Source: Jimgerdemannia flammicorona (taxonomy: Eukaryota). From it: a stretch of DNA of 32,425 nucleotides. The notes beneath the pieces are model-generated. The model made no database searches. It saw only the letters and a list, made by a program, of their open reading frames with translations, and had not been told where the DNA came from. The stretch lies in contig RBNJ01000348.1 of the NCBI GenBank assembly GCA_003990765.1, positions 1 to 32,425 on the forward strand. The letters are read 5' to 3'. Position numbers and translations under genes: made by a program. This document shows positions 1 to 10,309 of this stretch, piece by piece (position 1 is the first letter of the stretch; each line of letters starts with the position of its first letter).

Positions 1-503
1 TATGCTGCTGTAAGGACTCTGACAGCAGCACAGCAAGTAGCCCTCATGCCCTTCAGCCTACGAGGCCCTGCCAGAGCAGCATTCACAGCCGCAACCCATG
101 CAGGAAATGATGCTGATGCTATACTGATAGCACAGAAGACCTGGCTCCGAAACACATATTACACAGACGAGATCAAGCAAGCCCTGAAGGATCAGCTCAA
201 CACAACATGCCAAGGAATGAGCAAGGATCCAAACACATTCTATACCAGAATCCGATATCAGATAATCCTTGCAGATTATGCTGCTGCTACCCGAGATCAA
301 GTAGCTGAAGCAACCTTCATGAAAGGAGTCCATCCAGAAATAGCCATGGCCATCCGCTCATCACCAGTGATTCTGGATCTGCCACAAAGGGTCACCTATG
401 CTCAGCGATACTGGACAGCTAGACACCCACAAGACCATATAATGGAGAGAGTTACAGGAGTCAGAATCGAGGCACCCAAGGCAACCAGTGTGATCCCCAC
501 CAC
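1..503 (+). pseudogene. gag: Ty3/Gypsy gag fragment (element A, same family as element C), truncated at ~503
   Basis: Near-identical to 22627-23130 (MPFSLRGPARAAF...DLPQRVTYAQRYWTARHPQD). Similarity stops after gtgatccccacca. Confidence 0.9.
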
Positions 504-1045
504 AGTCTTTTGCCTGGAGGAATATCAGAGATAGTTGGATCAAGATATTGACAAATCCTAAGAATAATACAGCATATTTTACCATACACTTTACAATTAT
601 GGTAACTTATAGTATGTTGTCCTCTTCTTGGCTTTGGGGCTGGAGCTTGAGGAACTGGAGCTTGAGAGACCAGGGTCAGAGCTTGAGGGGCTGGAGCTTG
701 AGGGGCCAGGACTGGGGCTTGAGAGGTTAGGGCTGGGGCTTGAGGGGCCAGGGCTTGAGAGGCTGGGGCCAGGGCTTGAGAGACCAGAGCTTGAGAGGTT
801 GGGGCCAGAGCTTAAGGGCCAGCAGGGGCTTGGGCTTGGGGGCCAGCAGGGGCTTAAACTTGAGGACTAACAAGAGTATAGCTAGCTGAGATAAATCTCT
901 CAAGTGCTTTCTCTATTTTCTTTTTATTTTTCTTATAGTTTTCATTACTCTTGTCATCATTGTCATCATTTAGCCATTTGAAAACTTTGCTGATAGTCTC
1001 ATTCATTTCCTTGAAGTACTCAGACAAGTCTTCAAGATAACTTAT
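504..1045 (-). pseudogene. Decayed gene fragment of unknown function with a Pro/Ala repeat and a Cys-rich segment
   Basis: One minus-strand frame reads SYLEDLSEYFKEMNETISKVFKWLNDDNDD...(QAPAP)n...KPRRGQHTISYHNCKVYGKICCIILRICQYLDPTISDIPPGK, with two TAA stops at CAA/CGA-equivalent repeat positions. There is a minus-strand TATAAATA near 1170. Confidence 0.5.
628..870. repeat. Degenerate minisatellite (gggcttgaggggcca-type units) encoding QAPAP-like repeats on the minus strand
   Basis: Repeated ggg(g)cttgag(a/g)gg units are visible directly. Confidence 0.85.
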
Positions 1046-1199
1046 AGGGATAAATAGTGAAGGTAATTTTAAAATTTGTTGTTTATTTTTATTTTATTTT
1101 ATTTTTATTTTTATTTTATTTTATTTTTTATAGCTAGAAATGCAGACAGAAGTACAGCTTAGACAGCCTATTTATATATTTTTTATCTAATACTTAGAT

Positions 1200-1575
1200 T
1201 CAAATATGGTATGATACTGAGAGCTTCAAACATAGTAGTATAATACTGAGAGCTTCAAATATAGTAGTGATGATACAATGAGTTAATATAGAGAGCTTTA
1301 AATATAACAGTGATATAGTCAAGTCAGTGTAATACTGAGAGCTTTGAATATAGTAGTAATGTAGTGAGGTAATATAAAGAGCTTTGAAGTAGTAATACCA
1401 TCAGAAAGCTTTAGCAGATAGGTAGTTTCAATGGAGCCAATATGATATAGAGCAAGAGAGCTTCAAAGTGGTGATACCATTAGGAAGCTTTAGTAGTATC
1501 AATAGTATAAATAGGTAGCTTTAGTAGTGATGCAGTAAACCAATATAATGCAGACAAGCAAGCCAAGAGCTTGGA
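1200..1575. repeat. Degenerate repeat array with core gagagcttcaaa-tatagtagt
   Basis: About ten diverged copies of (ga)gagctt(c/t)(a/g)aa, followed by tagtagt/gtggtg. Confidence 0.65.
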
Positions 1576-1689
1576 ATATAGATACTTTGTTGTTCAGAAT
1601 TCCAATACAATGATTTGATATATATATATATTTGGTATTTTGAGAAATTATATTTTGAGATTATATTATATTTTGAGATTGAAATACTA

Positions 1690-3922
1690 GACTAATTGCT
1701 ATATCTTTAAATACATATATTTACAAATCATTTCAGAATCTAAAGTACCTCTTTTGGGTGTTACAAGATCTATACCATTTGAAAAAACCAGCTCAATTGG
1801 AGCACTTGTTGCTGGGATAGCTAAATAGTCATATGCTATTTTTACTAGATTTCAGAAATCTCTACTATGGCTCTAATGTTTCCAATAAATTGAATTAATT
1901 AGAAAAAACTTTCGAAATATATAGACCAAATTTGAATATGAAAGCCCAACTCACTTGTCACTATAATAATATATCAACTCCTAATTGAAATTTAATAATT
2001 TTACTTTTTAAATAAGCATCTACCTCTTGCTCAGAATTTGTTATCAATTTTTGTCTTTTGTTGCTATAAAATATATGTTCATTTAGTTTAGTAAGGATGT
2101 TATTATTATCTTCAATTATAGTATCAACATTGATGTTAACATCAACATTGGAAATTGTGCAATAAACTGATCCAAATAGAGTGATATAGTCTTTGTTATA
2201 GACTGTATAAAGTGTGTTTTCAGCCTCTTGAATCCAAATGTCTTCCCAACCATAAGATAAATAATATCCTAGTTTAATCCTGAGATCAAAAACTGGTTTT
2301 TATTCTAAAAAATAGATTTGTAGTGACCAACTGATCAAGCAAATTTCAAATTTCAAAACTGTTTTAGCACTAAGCAAATTTTGAAATAGATTTATCAAAA
2401 TATTTACTTATTAGTACTAATATAATAAAGACCATCTGTTATTGAATAACATATCTTTAACTTATCAATAGCTACTGTTATTGCCTGGTGAATAATTCCA
2501 TTGACTCTTCTATCTTTAGTATTCAAATATCTTTATCATTCTCCAACTTATCAGCAGATAGTTGTAAATTGGAATAGTCATATAAACTGTTATATATTTT
2601 TACTTAGCTGCAAGATCTGTTACCTTTTGAAAGTTCTTTAGAATTTTCATAATATCTTTTAGTATCTGCCAAGTATCATCTTTAATGATATATTTTCATA
2701 AATCTTTATCAGTCATAATTGTTGTAATTAAGGGCCATTAATAAAAATTAATTTATTAATAAATAAATTATTATAATATAAATTATAATATAATATAATA
2801 TAATATAATATAATATAAAACTTATCTCCAATAATTCTAAGGTCTGTTCAATTATAAAATATGTTAAATTCCACTGAGTCTTAACATCCAGAATAAGTTC
2901 TTTTAGATTGCTAATTTCAAAAGCTTTATATTATACTTTAAATTGATCAAGATGTTGTAGTGATAACTAGATCTTGATAATATTTATCTGGAGTTTTAAA
3001 GTTAGTTCTCTATCATCATCAGCCTTCATATAAACTAAAAAGGTCTGAGCAGCCAGATTAATAATATGAGACAGGCAGCAAATATGTTGTATTGACTGAT
3101 AAAGACTAATATCAAACTTCATTCCAATTGTTTAAAAAAATGTATTATTGTTAGATATATTGTCTATTGTTATAGCTAATATCTAGAGTAAAAGATCAAT
3201 AATTTGAAATATAAGTTTTTGAAAATTCTGACCTTTTTTGAAAATCTCATCCTTTTTCAAAAATCCTGTCCTTTTTTGAAAAATTCTGCCCTTTTTCAAA
3301 AAATCCCAAAAATTTCACTCTTTTTTGAAAATCCTGACCATCCTGACTTTTTTTTTTTTTTGACCTTTTTAAAATATACCTTTGTCTATATGCCAAAACT
3401 TCAAACATATCTTCCAAAGGCATCAGTAAGATTTTCACCTAAATGAGATCCTGATAGCTTGACAAAATCAATCAGCATACAGTTGAGTTATTAATTCTGA
3501 CAGATCTAATATGTATTAATTCCAAGAAATGCATACATATTTAGAGATATCTATATATCAATAGTGAAGGATATTTGACCTCATATATTCTATTTTCAAA
3601 TATAATAAAATTAATTTAAATAGATATTTAACTTGGAAATATTTGAATTAATATTCAATATCAAAATATTAGATCTTACTTATAGCATAATTTTGATAGC
3701 ATCATGCTTCTTTTAAAAGGCCAGTTTAATTTCATTTCATATAGTTCTAGTAGAAGGCATAATAATATCTAGTTTCAAAAGAGAAAAAAGATCTTTCAAC
3801 TCTGAATTCTCAATAAATATAAAAGGCTGACTATTACTGATAATATAGCAAATAAGCTTTTCTCAAAATAATGACATAGAGAATTTTGGCTATTTTGAAT
3901 ATTATAAAGTAATAATAAATTA

Positions 3923-3953
<31 letters not shown>

Positions 3954-4293
3954 CAAGTTATATAAAAAATATACTTGTAAAAAAAAATAACTCTATCTCT
4001 TCTCCTCCTTGATAACTCTTATAATACTTGTTAAAATGTGTCCACAAATTTGTTATTGAACTACCAATAGTCTTATATGATGTTCTACAGTGGTTACATT
4101 TTATTCAAACATATCTATTTTCTATATACTTCTTTGTGAACTCCTTCTAAATATCAGAGTATTCTTTTCCTTTTTCAGACTATAATAAGACTTGTGATGA
4201 GACTATACTTATTATAGCTATACTTGTATCTGATACTGAAGCTGTTACCATAGTATTCTCTATAGATAGTGGTGTCAAAAGTATATCAGACAT
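1690..4293 (-). pseudogene. hAT-superfamily transposase pseudogene with introns
   Basis: Minus-strand motifs in order: BED finger (SDI*KEFT...KCNHC...GSSITNLWTHFNK, ~4160-4025); ISFTID.*.S.NMYAFLGI...LIDFVKLSGSH.GENL (~3580-3430); ILAIT.DN.SNN (~3180); HICCLSHIINLAAQ (~3085-3050); LDVKTQWNLTYF (~2890); C-terminal dimerisation motif DYLAIPATSAPIELVFS (~1830-1780). GT-AG intron at 3679-3590, with AT-rich intron-like gaps near 2740-2820 and 3890-3975. Confidence 0.9.
3205..3394. mobile_element. Short insertion in the hAT coding region, probably a truncated end of another DNA transposon
   Basis: Interrupts the transposase between GENL..DAF and ILAIT.DN. Contains ~20-bp units of type tttgaaaatcctgacc. 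Confidence 0.45.
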
Positions 4294-4339
4294 GCTTGAT
4301 TACTTTGAGAGAGTGTTGTTATATATTAAACTGCATGTG

Positions 4340-4491
4340 TTTAGATTTGAATCGAATTGATTCAATTTGATTTGAATCAAATCAAATTGGACCTTAATTC
4401 AAATTAAATCAAATTGAATTGACTTTTGAATATTTTGAATTAAATCAAATTAGGGTCAAATTCAATTTGATTCAATTCATTAAGAGCACTA
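4340..4491 (-). mobile_element. hAT 5' terminus: TIR (minus strand TAGTGCTCTTAATGAA) plus subterminal gaatc/gattc repeats
   Basis: TAGTG-type hAT end with dense GAAT(C/T)(G/A)A pentamer repeats. D-LTR sequence resumes exactly at 4492. A similar terminus lies at 31259-31274. Confidence 0.75.
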
Positions 4492-4953
4492 ATTGAGATA
4501 ATAACTACTGATACAAGTACCAATCTGCATTCATATCTGACTACTTCAACTATAATAAAAAAACTAAAAAACACAATCTGTACCTCCAGACAACTCTTGA
4601 GATTGAATAAATAACTCCACTATCTAAGTATACATATATAATATAAAGAATAGCTATCAGCTTACTACAATCCAGCAATACATAGTACCATAATCTATAG
4701 AAGATATATAGTGTAATGGTGACCCCAGAATGATGACATCAGCACAGGAGACAGTCTTTTCTTATAAGTCACCAGATCAGAATACAAGAAGATCATATGG
4801 TATATGAGATGAGCAATGATGACCAACTATGAGTCATTGTGACCACAGTACAAGCATCCTGAAGAATATAAAAGAAGGATCAAGAAACTGCAGTAGCAGC
4901 AACCAATAAGAACCACCAATCCCAAATTAGCTCAAAGACTTACTATAAATGAA

Positions 4954-5790
4954 ATGCCTGCTGCCCACCAAACCTCAAGGTCAAGGAACCACCAAGGTAT
5001 CTTAGTTGAAGAAAGGATGTTCCAAGACATCAGAAGAGCCATGAGGACCTGCTCAAGAAGAACTCCTAGTGTCAATCTGAGTACTACAGACCCCTATCAC
5101 TTTATCCTCTACCACTGTGAAATGGAAACAAGGATCACCATTGCTACCGAATGCCTCCAAATGTGGCAGGAGTATGAAATAGGAAATCTTCTCTGCCGGG
5201 AGTTCCCACAGACCAGCACTCAAGAGCTACAAGATGCCACTCTCATGGATATACACAAAACAAGGACAGCTAAGAAGATCCATCAGATCTTCAGGCATGT
5301 ACCATAGTCGATTCCCAACTTGGAGTATGTTAGAGTCTCAGATTTCAGAGATCTGTCATCCCATCATATCAATGCACTAGAAGCCAGGGTGGCTACAGAA
5401 GCCCAGTCCACTATCACCCTCAATAGTGATGAAGTAGAAGACTTCTGGCACCCTATCCTCTAGGACAACCCAGACCAATTCCTGTAAGAGTTGATCTCAG
5501 TATTCCAAGGCCCTAGCATCTGGGTTAGATCTCCCTAAGACCCCACATTTGTCCCCTATTTTGTAGAAGAGAACCTCATAGACTGGAGAGCTCCAGATCT
5601 TATTCCCAATTTTCCCGCCATCAAATGTAATGATGTCATCAGCGATGACATCATCCTGCACAATATTGAAGTATATGAAACACATGAAGTATATGAAATG
5701 GATGACCTACATGACAAATTCATGGATCTCATCTCCTTCAGTGATGATAATGATGATGAAGCCCCCATAATCCTGAACTTTTTGCTCTAA
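4954..5790 (+). pseudogene. LTR-encoded ORF, 278 aa when reconstructed, unknown function with an acidic C-terminus
   Basis: Single frame MPAAHQTSRSRNHQ...DEAPIILNFLL* with four internal stops. Each is a sense codon (TGG, CAG, CAA, CAA) in the 3' LTR copy. Confidence 0.8.
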
Positions 5791-5948
5791 GTTCTTTATT
5801 AAACTGAATAATACCAGCACCAGTATTCTGATGTGATACTGAATTATACCAGCATCCTGAACCTGTACAACCATCAGTACCAACTCTAGAACTTAGTAGT
5901 TTTAATTATTGGAATTTATATTTAGCTTTATATCTTAATTATATTTTG

Positions 5949-5981
5949 TATAAATACCCCTCTTATTTCCTCTGAAATAAA
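5949..5981 (+). promoter_or_regulatory. Element B LTR TATA box (TATAAATA) and downstream AATAAA
   Basis: TATAAATACCCC at 5949 and AATAAA at 5976, both conserved in the 3' LTR. A similar TATAAATA(C/A)CCC occurs in the C LTR (22213) and D-family LTRs (16832, 30429). Confidence 0.6.
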
Positions 5982-6191
5982 GTCAATCTTCTCAGTGAAA
6001 TATACATACTTCCTTGCAAGCAATCTAAGAGATAACAAGACAGTTTAAAGATAAGAAGTTTGAGGACTATAAGACCTTGGGAAGGTACTCCAATAAGAAC
6101 TTGCTTATAACAAACTTGAGTTAGTCTAAGAGATATACCTTGAAGAGAATCTAGTATATTTGAAGGACTCAGTAACTACTATGTGACAACT

Positions 6192-6209
6192 TGGTACCCA
6201 TTGGCTGGT
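6192..6209 (+). promoter_or_regulatory. Element B primer-binding site (TGGTACCCATTGGCTGGT)
   Basis: TGG lies 3 nt after the LTR-terminal CA. The same sequence occurs in element C at 22438. The primer tRNA was not identified. Confidence 0.7.
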
Positions 6210-6308
6210 GATTCAAGATGAATCCCTCACTTTCAAGCTGAAAAACAAATAACCCCCACAACAACTATCCTGACTACAAGAGTCACCCCTGCAAGAATTC
6301 AAGACAAG

Positions 6309-8030
6309 ATGGAAATGCATCCCCCCACATTCTATAGATATACTACTGAAGAGTCAATCCTGACCTTCATTGAAGACTTTGAACAATTTGCTGCCATACA
6401 AGCCCTTGGTGTGGATGCTCAATTGGCCCTTCTACCAGTCAGCCTCAGAGGACCTGCCAGAGATAAGTTCAATGCAGCCACTATTGCTAATGCTGGTATA
6501 GCAAAACTTGCCAATATGAAGACCTTTCTCAGAACAATATATTATACTGAAGAGATCAAGTAAGCTCTCAAGGATCAACTCAATACTATCTGCCAGAGAC
6601 TTAGTGAAGATCCCAACTCATTCTATACCTGAATCTGCCACCAGATTATCTTGGCTAACTATAATGACTGCCTCAAGGAACAAATAGTAGATTCAACTTT
6701 CCTTAAAGAAGTTTACCCTGAAATTGCCCTAGCAATCTGGTCTATCCCAGCTGCACTGACCCTTGATCAGAAAGTGGTCTTTGCACAGAGATATTGGACT
6801 GCCAGACACTTTGCCGAATACTCAATGGAGAAAATAACTGGCATCAAGATGGAGCTATCAAAGCCAACTAGTATCTTACCTGCCATAGTTGTAAACAGAC
6901 AACCAACCCCACCTACCCCCAAGACAGCCAAAGCTGACCCAGTGGAAGAACTTGCCAAGCAGTTTGCTGAGATGACTGTACACCTTAGTGATATTGTTAA
7001 AGAAGTCCAAAGCACCAACAGGAGACCAGTGCAGAGATTTGCAGCTGCTACAGAAGAACACAATATCACATGCTTCAGATGTAGAGAAGAAGGCCACTAT
7101 GCAAAGAATTGCATGACTGAAACAAGATGCAAAGTCCAACCAAGCAATGCTAGCAGAACTAGAGAACAAACTAATGCAGTAGTCATTGAGGAGATTGGTG
7201 ACACTGATGATGAAGAATACTATGAGGAGCTTGAATTCTACTCTGCTACTGAAGGTACCAGAACCCAGTCCAAGCTCTATGATAAGAAGAGCAACAGCAA
7301 GCCAGTTGGAAGACCAAAGAAGACTCCAGCCATCACTATTCAAAGTAAGACCCAATCTGAGGAGATTGATCAAGACATGAAGTTAGATAAAGCTGCCCAT
7401 CAAATTATTGAAGGCACTACTCCAGTCTCAGGAGAAAGCAAAAGTAAGAAGGAACAGAAGCTGTGCAAGACCAAGATCCATCAGTATGACATCTACAAGG
7501 ACCTCAAGGAACAGAAGGTCAATGCTACTTTTGGACAACTAGCTGAAGTCTCTGCCTTCAGACAGCAGTTGAGAGTAGGACTTGTAACTACTGCTAAGAA
7601 TCAAGAGTACAAGATTGTAGAAGCTCACAATACACAGGAAGAATCTGAGAACTCAGGTGAAGAATCCAAAGACCAGTACAAGACATTAGCCTATACCCCA
7701 TGTCAGATCAAAGATTGTATCTTTGATGCTATCATTGATACTAGTGCTGGAGGATACCTCATGAGTAAGAAGGCAATTGACTGCCTAGGCTGGGATATTG
7801 AAGAGTCTACCAAGATATGAGCTACCCTACTTGGCAAAATCCGAGAAGTCCCCATCAAGATAGAAGGAGCTACCATCCCAGTAGACATGATTGTTACAAG
7901 TGCCACCAACTATGACATCCTCATTGGCAACCAATAGCTTCACAAGGCCAAGGCCATCATTGACCTCAATGCCCAGAAGATGCAGATCAATTATAGAGGA
8001 AGAAAGTTATGAGTCTCTATTAATGTCTAC
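6309..8030 (+). pseudogene. gag: Element B gag (capsid-like, CCHC knuckle) and aspartic protease in one frame
   Basis: Zinc knuckle CFRCREEGHYAKNC; protease motifs AIIDTSAG (DTG-type) and YDILIGN. Several in-frame stops. Confidence 0.9.
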
Positions 8031-8129
8031 AAAGGAGTTCTACCAGATATGGAGGAAGGAGATGAAGAAGACACAGAGGTCTTCATACACTTGGTGAACA
8101 AGAACAAGAATAAGACATCCAAGCTCACA

Positions 8130-8237
8130 GATGAGCAGTAGTATAACAAAATTATCAATGACTATGTCCCTCAAGGAAGATGTCTCTATGGTACTAGAAT
8201 GTACTGCTCTGAACACCTGAATAACTGCTGGTCCTAT
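8130..8237 (+). other. Element B small Cys/His module (putative zinc finger)
   Basis: DEQ*YNKIINDYVPQGRCLYGTRMYCSEHLNNCWSY, homologous to 24346-24450 and 18156-18263. Confidence 0.7.
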
Positions 8238-8377
8238 ATTAGTGAAGTAGGAAAATCTGCCAACAGAAATACAAACAAGAAGCTGCTGAAGCAAAAAGGA
8301 AAGCTGATGAAGATGATCAGCCCCCAGAGCTCCAAGCTGACAGTAATGATAAGGAGGAACAAGAATCAGACATCACC

Positions 8378-8788
8378 CTCAAGGTCAAGAAGTTTCACCC
8401 CAAAGCCAAGATCCCAGAATATAAGACTGAAGGAGCCATAGAAATGGACCTTGCCAGCATTCAAGATACTACCCTTGAACCACAGACCACCACTCTACTT
8501 GGCACTGGAATTGGAGTCAAGCTGCCAGAGAACCATGCCAGAATTATCAAGACTAGAAGCAGTCTGGCCAAAAGTGAAATCTCAGTTGAAGGAGGAGTAA
8601 TTGACCCTGATTACACTGGTGAGATCTTTCTCATAGTCAGAAATCACAACTACACCACCCCCTTCGAAGTCAAGAAGTATGACAGGATTGGCCAGATGCT
8701 GATCCATGAAATCAAGAAGCCCAAGATCATTGAAGCCATTAAACACATCAAGACCAAGAGAGGAGAACAAGGCTTTGGATCTACTGGA
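8378..8788 (+). pseudogene. dut: Element B dUTPase domain (between PR and RT)
   Basis: Trimeric dUTPase motifs MDL, TRSSLA, GGVIDPDYTGEI, RIGQML and RGEQGFGSTG. Confidence 0.95.
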
Positions 8789-8979
8789 AGAGGAGTCTAT
8801 GCTGCTACCAAGATTACCGAACTTGAGCACAAGAAAGACAAGAACCAGAACAAGCACACATATACCATTGGAGAAAACTTTCCCCTGGAGAAACAACTTC
8901 TCAAGATCCTGTACCAGAATAAAGAAGTACTTGCTACAGACTTCAGGGATATCCACAATCAAGAATCCAAGTACTACCA

Positions 8980-10309
8980 TGAAGTTGATACTGGCAATAC
9001 TAAGCCCATCTACTAGAAAGCCAGACCTATACCACCTGCCTACAGAGAGTGGCTGTGAGCAGAACTCAAGGAAATGGAAGAAGCTGGGATCATCAAGCAA
9101 GCTATCAGCCCCTGGACCTCACCCATTGTCCTTGCCTCAAAGAAAGGAAGCAAGCCTAGAGAGTTTGCACCAAGACTCTGTATTGACTATAGAAAGCTCA
9201 ATACCATCACTAAGAAGGATAGGCAGCCCTTGCCAAATATTCAAGAAATTCTTACTACTCTTGGAAGTGAAGCCAAATACTACACCACCTTGGATCTGTT
9301 CTCAGGCTTCCATCAGATTGGTCTCACTCAAGATGCCAGTGAGAAATCAGCCTTCATCACACCTGATGCCACCTATATCTACCTGCGAATGCTATTTGGA
9401 ATGTGCAATGCCCTAGCAAGTTTTCAGTAAATGATGAACAGAGTCTTCAGCAACAAGATTGGAAAATGGCTCTTTGTCTATGTTGATGATGTGATCATCT
9501 TCAGTAATACTGTATGGAAACATATCAATCACATACAGCTAGCCCTCAAGAAGCTCAAAGAGCATGGCCTCTATATCAAGCCCAAAAAATGCAAGTTTGT
9601 AGCTCAAGAAATCACCTACCTAGGACACCTTATCAACCAGACTGGAATCTACACAGATCCCATAAAGATCGAGGCTGTTGCAGCCTACCCAAGACCCAGA
9701 ACAACTATAGAAGTCCACGCCTTCCTTGGACTGGCTAGCTACTACAGAAAATTCATCAAAGGATACTACAACATTACAGCACCTATCTATGAGCTACTGA
9801 AGAAGGAGACTAAATTCAAATGGACCAAGGAGTACCAAGAAACCTTCAATGAACTCAAGATCAGGTTGATCCAAGCACCTATCCTCAGAAGACCAGACTA
9901 GAACCTAGAATTCATCCTGCAGACAGACATGAGTGCTATAGGACTTGGAGCAGTCCCAGCTCAGAAGAAAGATAGACATGAATATGTCATCTCCTATGCA
10001 AGCCAAGGTACCTGCAGAGCAGAACAGAACTATGAGTCATGCAAGCTTGAATGCTTAGCAGTAGTTTGGGCAGTAGACAAGTTCCACTACTACCTAGCTG
10101 GGAAACACTTCACTATTCAAACAGACCACTCTGCTCTTGCCTGGCTATTCCACACTCTAAACCCCAAAGGAATATATGCCAGATAGATCTACAGGCTGCA
10201 AGAGTATGACTGTACTGTCAAGCACTGCTCAGGAAAGACCAATACCAATGCTGATGCACTCTTAAGGACACCCCAAAACACCCACATCAAGACTATTCAA
10301 CATGAATAA
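8980..10309 (+). pseudogene. pol: Element B reverse transcriptase and RNase H
   Basis: SPWTSPIVL, RLCIDYRKLN, LDLFSGFHQI, YVDD, FLGLASYYRKF, FILQTD, KLECLAVVWAV, TDHSAL and NADAL. The frame ends at TAA 10307-10309. Confidence 0.95.

Larger units (their letters stand above)
4712..6188 (+). repeat. Element B 5' LTR (1477 bp)
   Basis: Starts TGTAATGG and ends atgtgaCA. Direct repeat of 11773-13318. Confidence 0.95.

Noticed and set aside
501..507. CACAGT at the gag junction, resembling a RAG/Transib heptamer
   Set aside because: It reads CACAGTC rather than CACAGTG, partly overlaps gag-homologous bases, and has no nonamer or partner end.
628..870. Plus-strand ORF LEGPGLERLGPG as a collagen- or LRR-like protein
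   Set aside because: It is the antisense reading of the QAPAP minisatellite. The flanking coding signal is on the minus strand.
1200..1575. CRISPR-like repeat-spacer array
   Set aside because: Repeats are degenerate with irregular spacing and related spacers, the context is eukaryotic, and there are no cas genes.
3204..3446. ORFs 3204-3446 (+) and 3247-3438 (-)
   Set aside because: Low-complexity F/K products of the repeat insertion.
6192..6220. Assignment of the B/C PBS to tRNA-Lys or tRNA-Sec (restored TGGCGCCCG)
   Set aside because: It depends on guessed CpG restoration and the match is short. Host tRNA sequences are needed.
8240..8310. Programmed frameshift between the Cys module and dUTPase in B
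   Set aside because: The equivalent region of C is in one frame, so this is a decay indel.
8582..9416. Long antisense and alternative-frame ORFs over gag/pol, here and in C
   Set aside because: Shadow ORFs caused by codon bias, with no motifs and no conserved boundaries between B and C.
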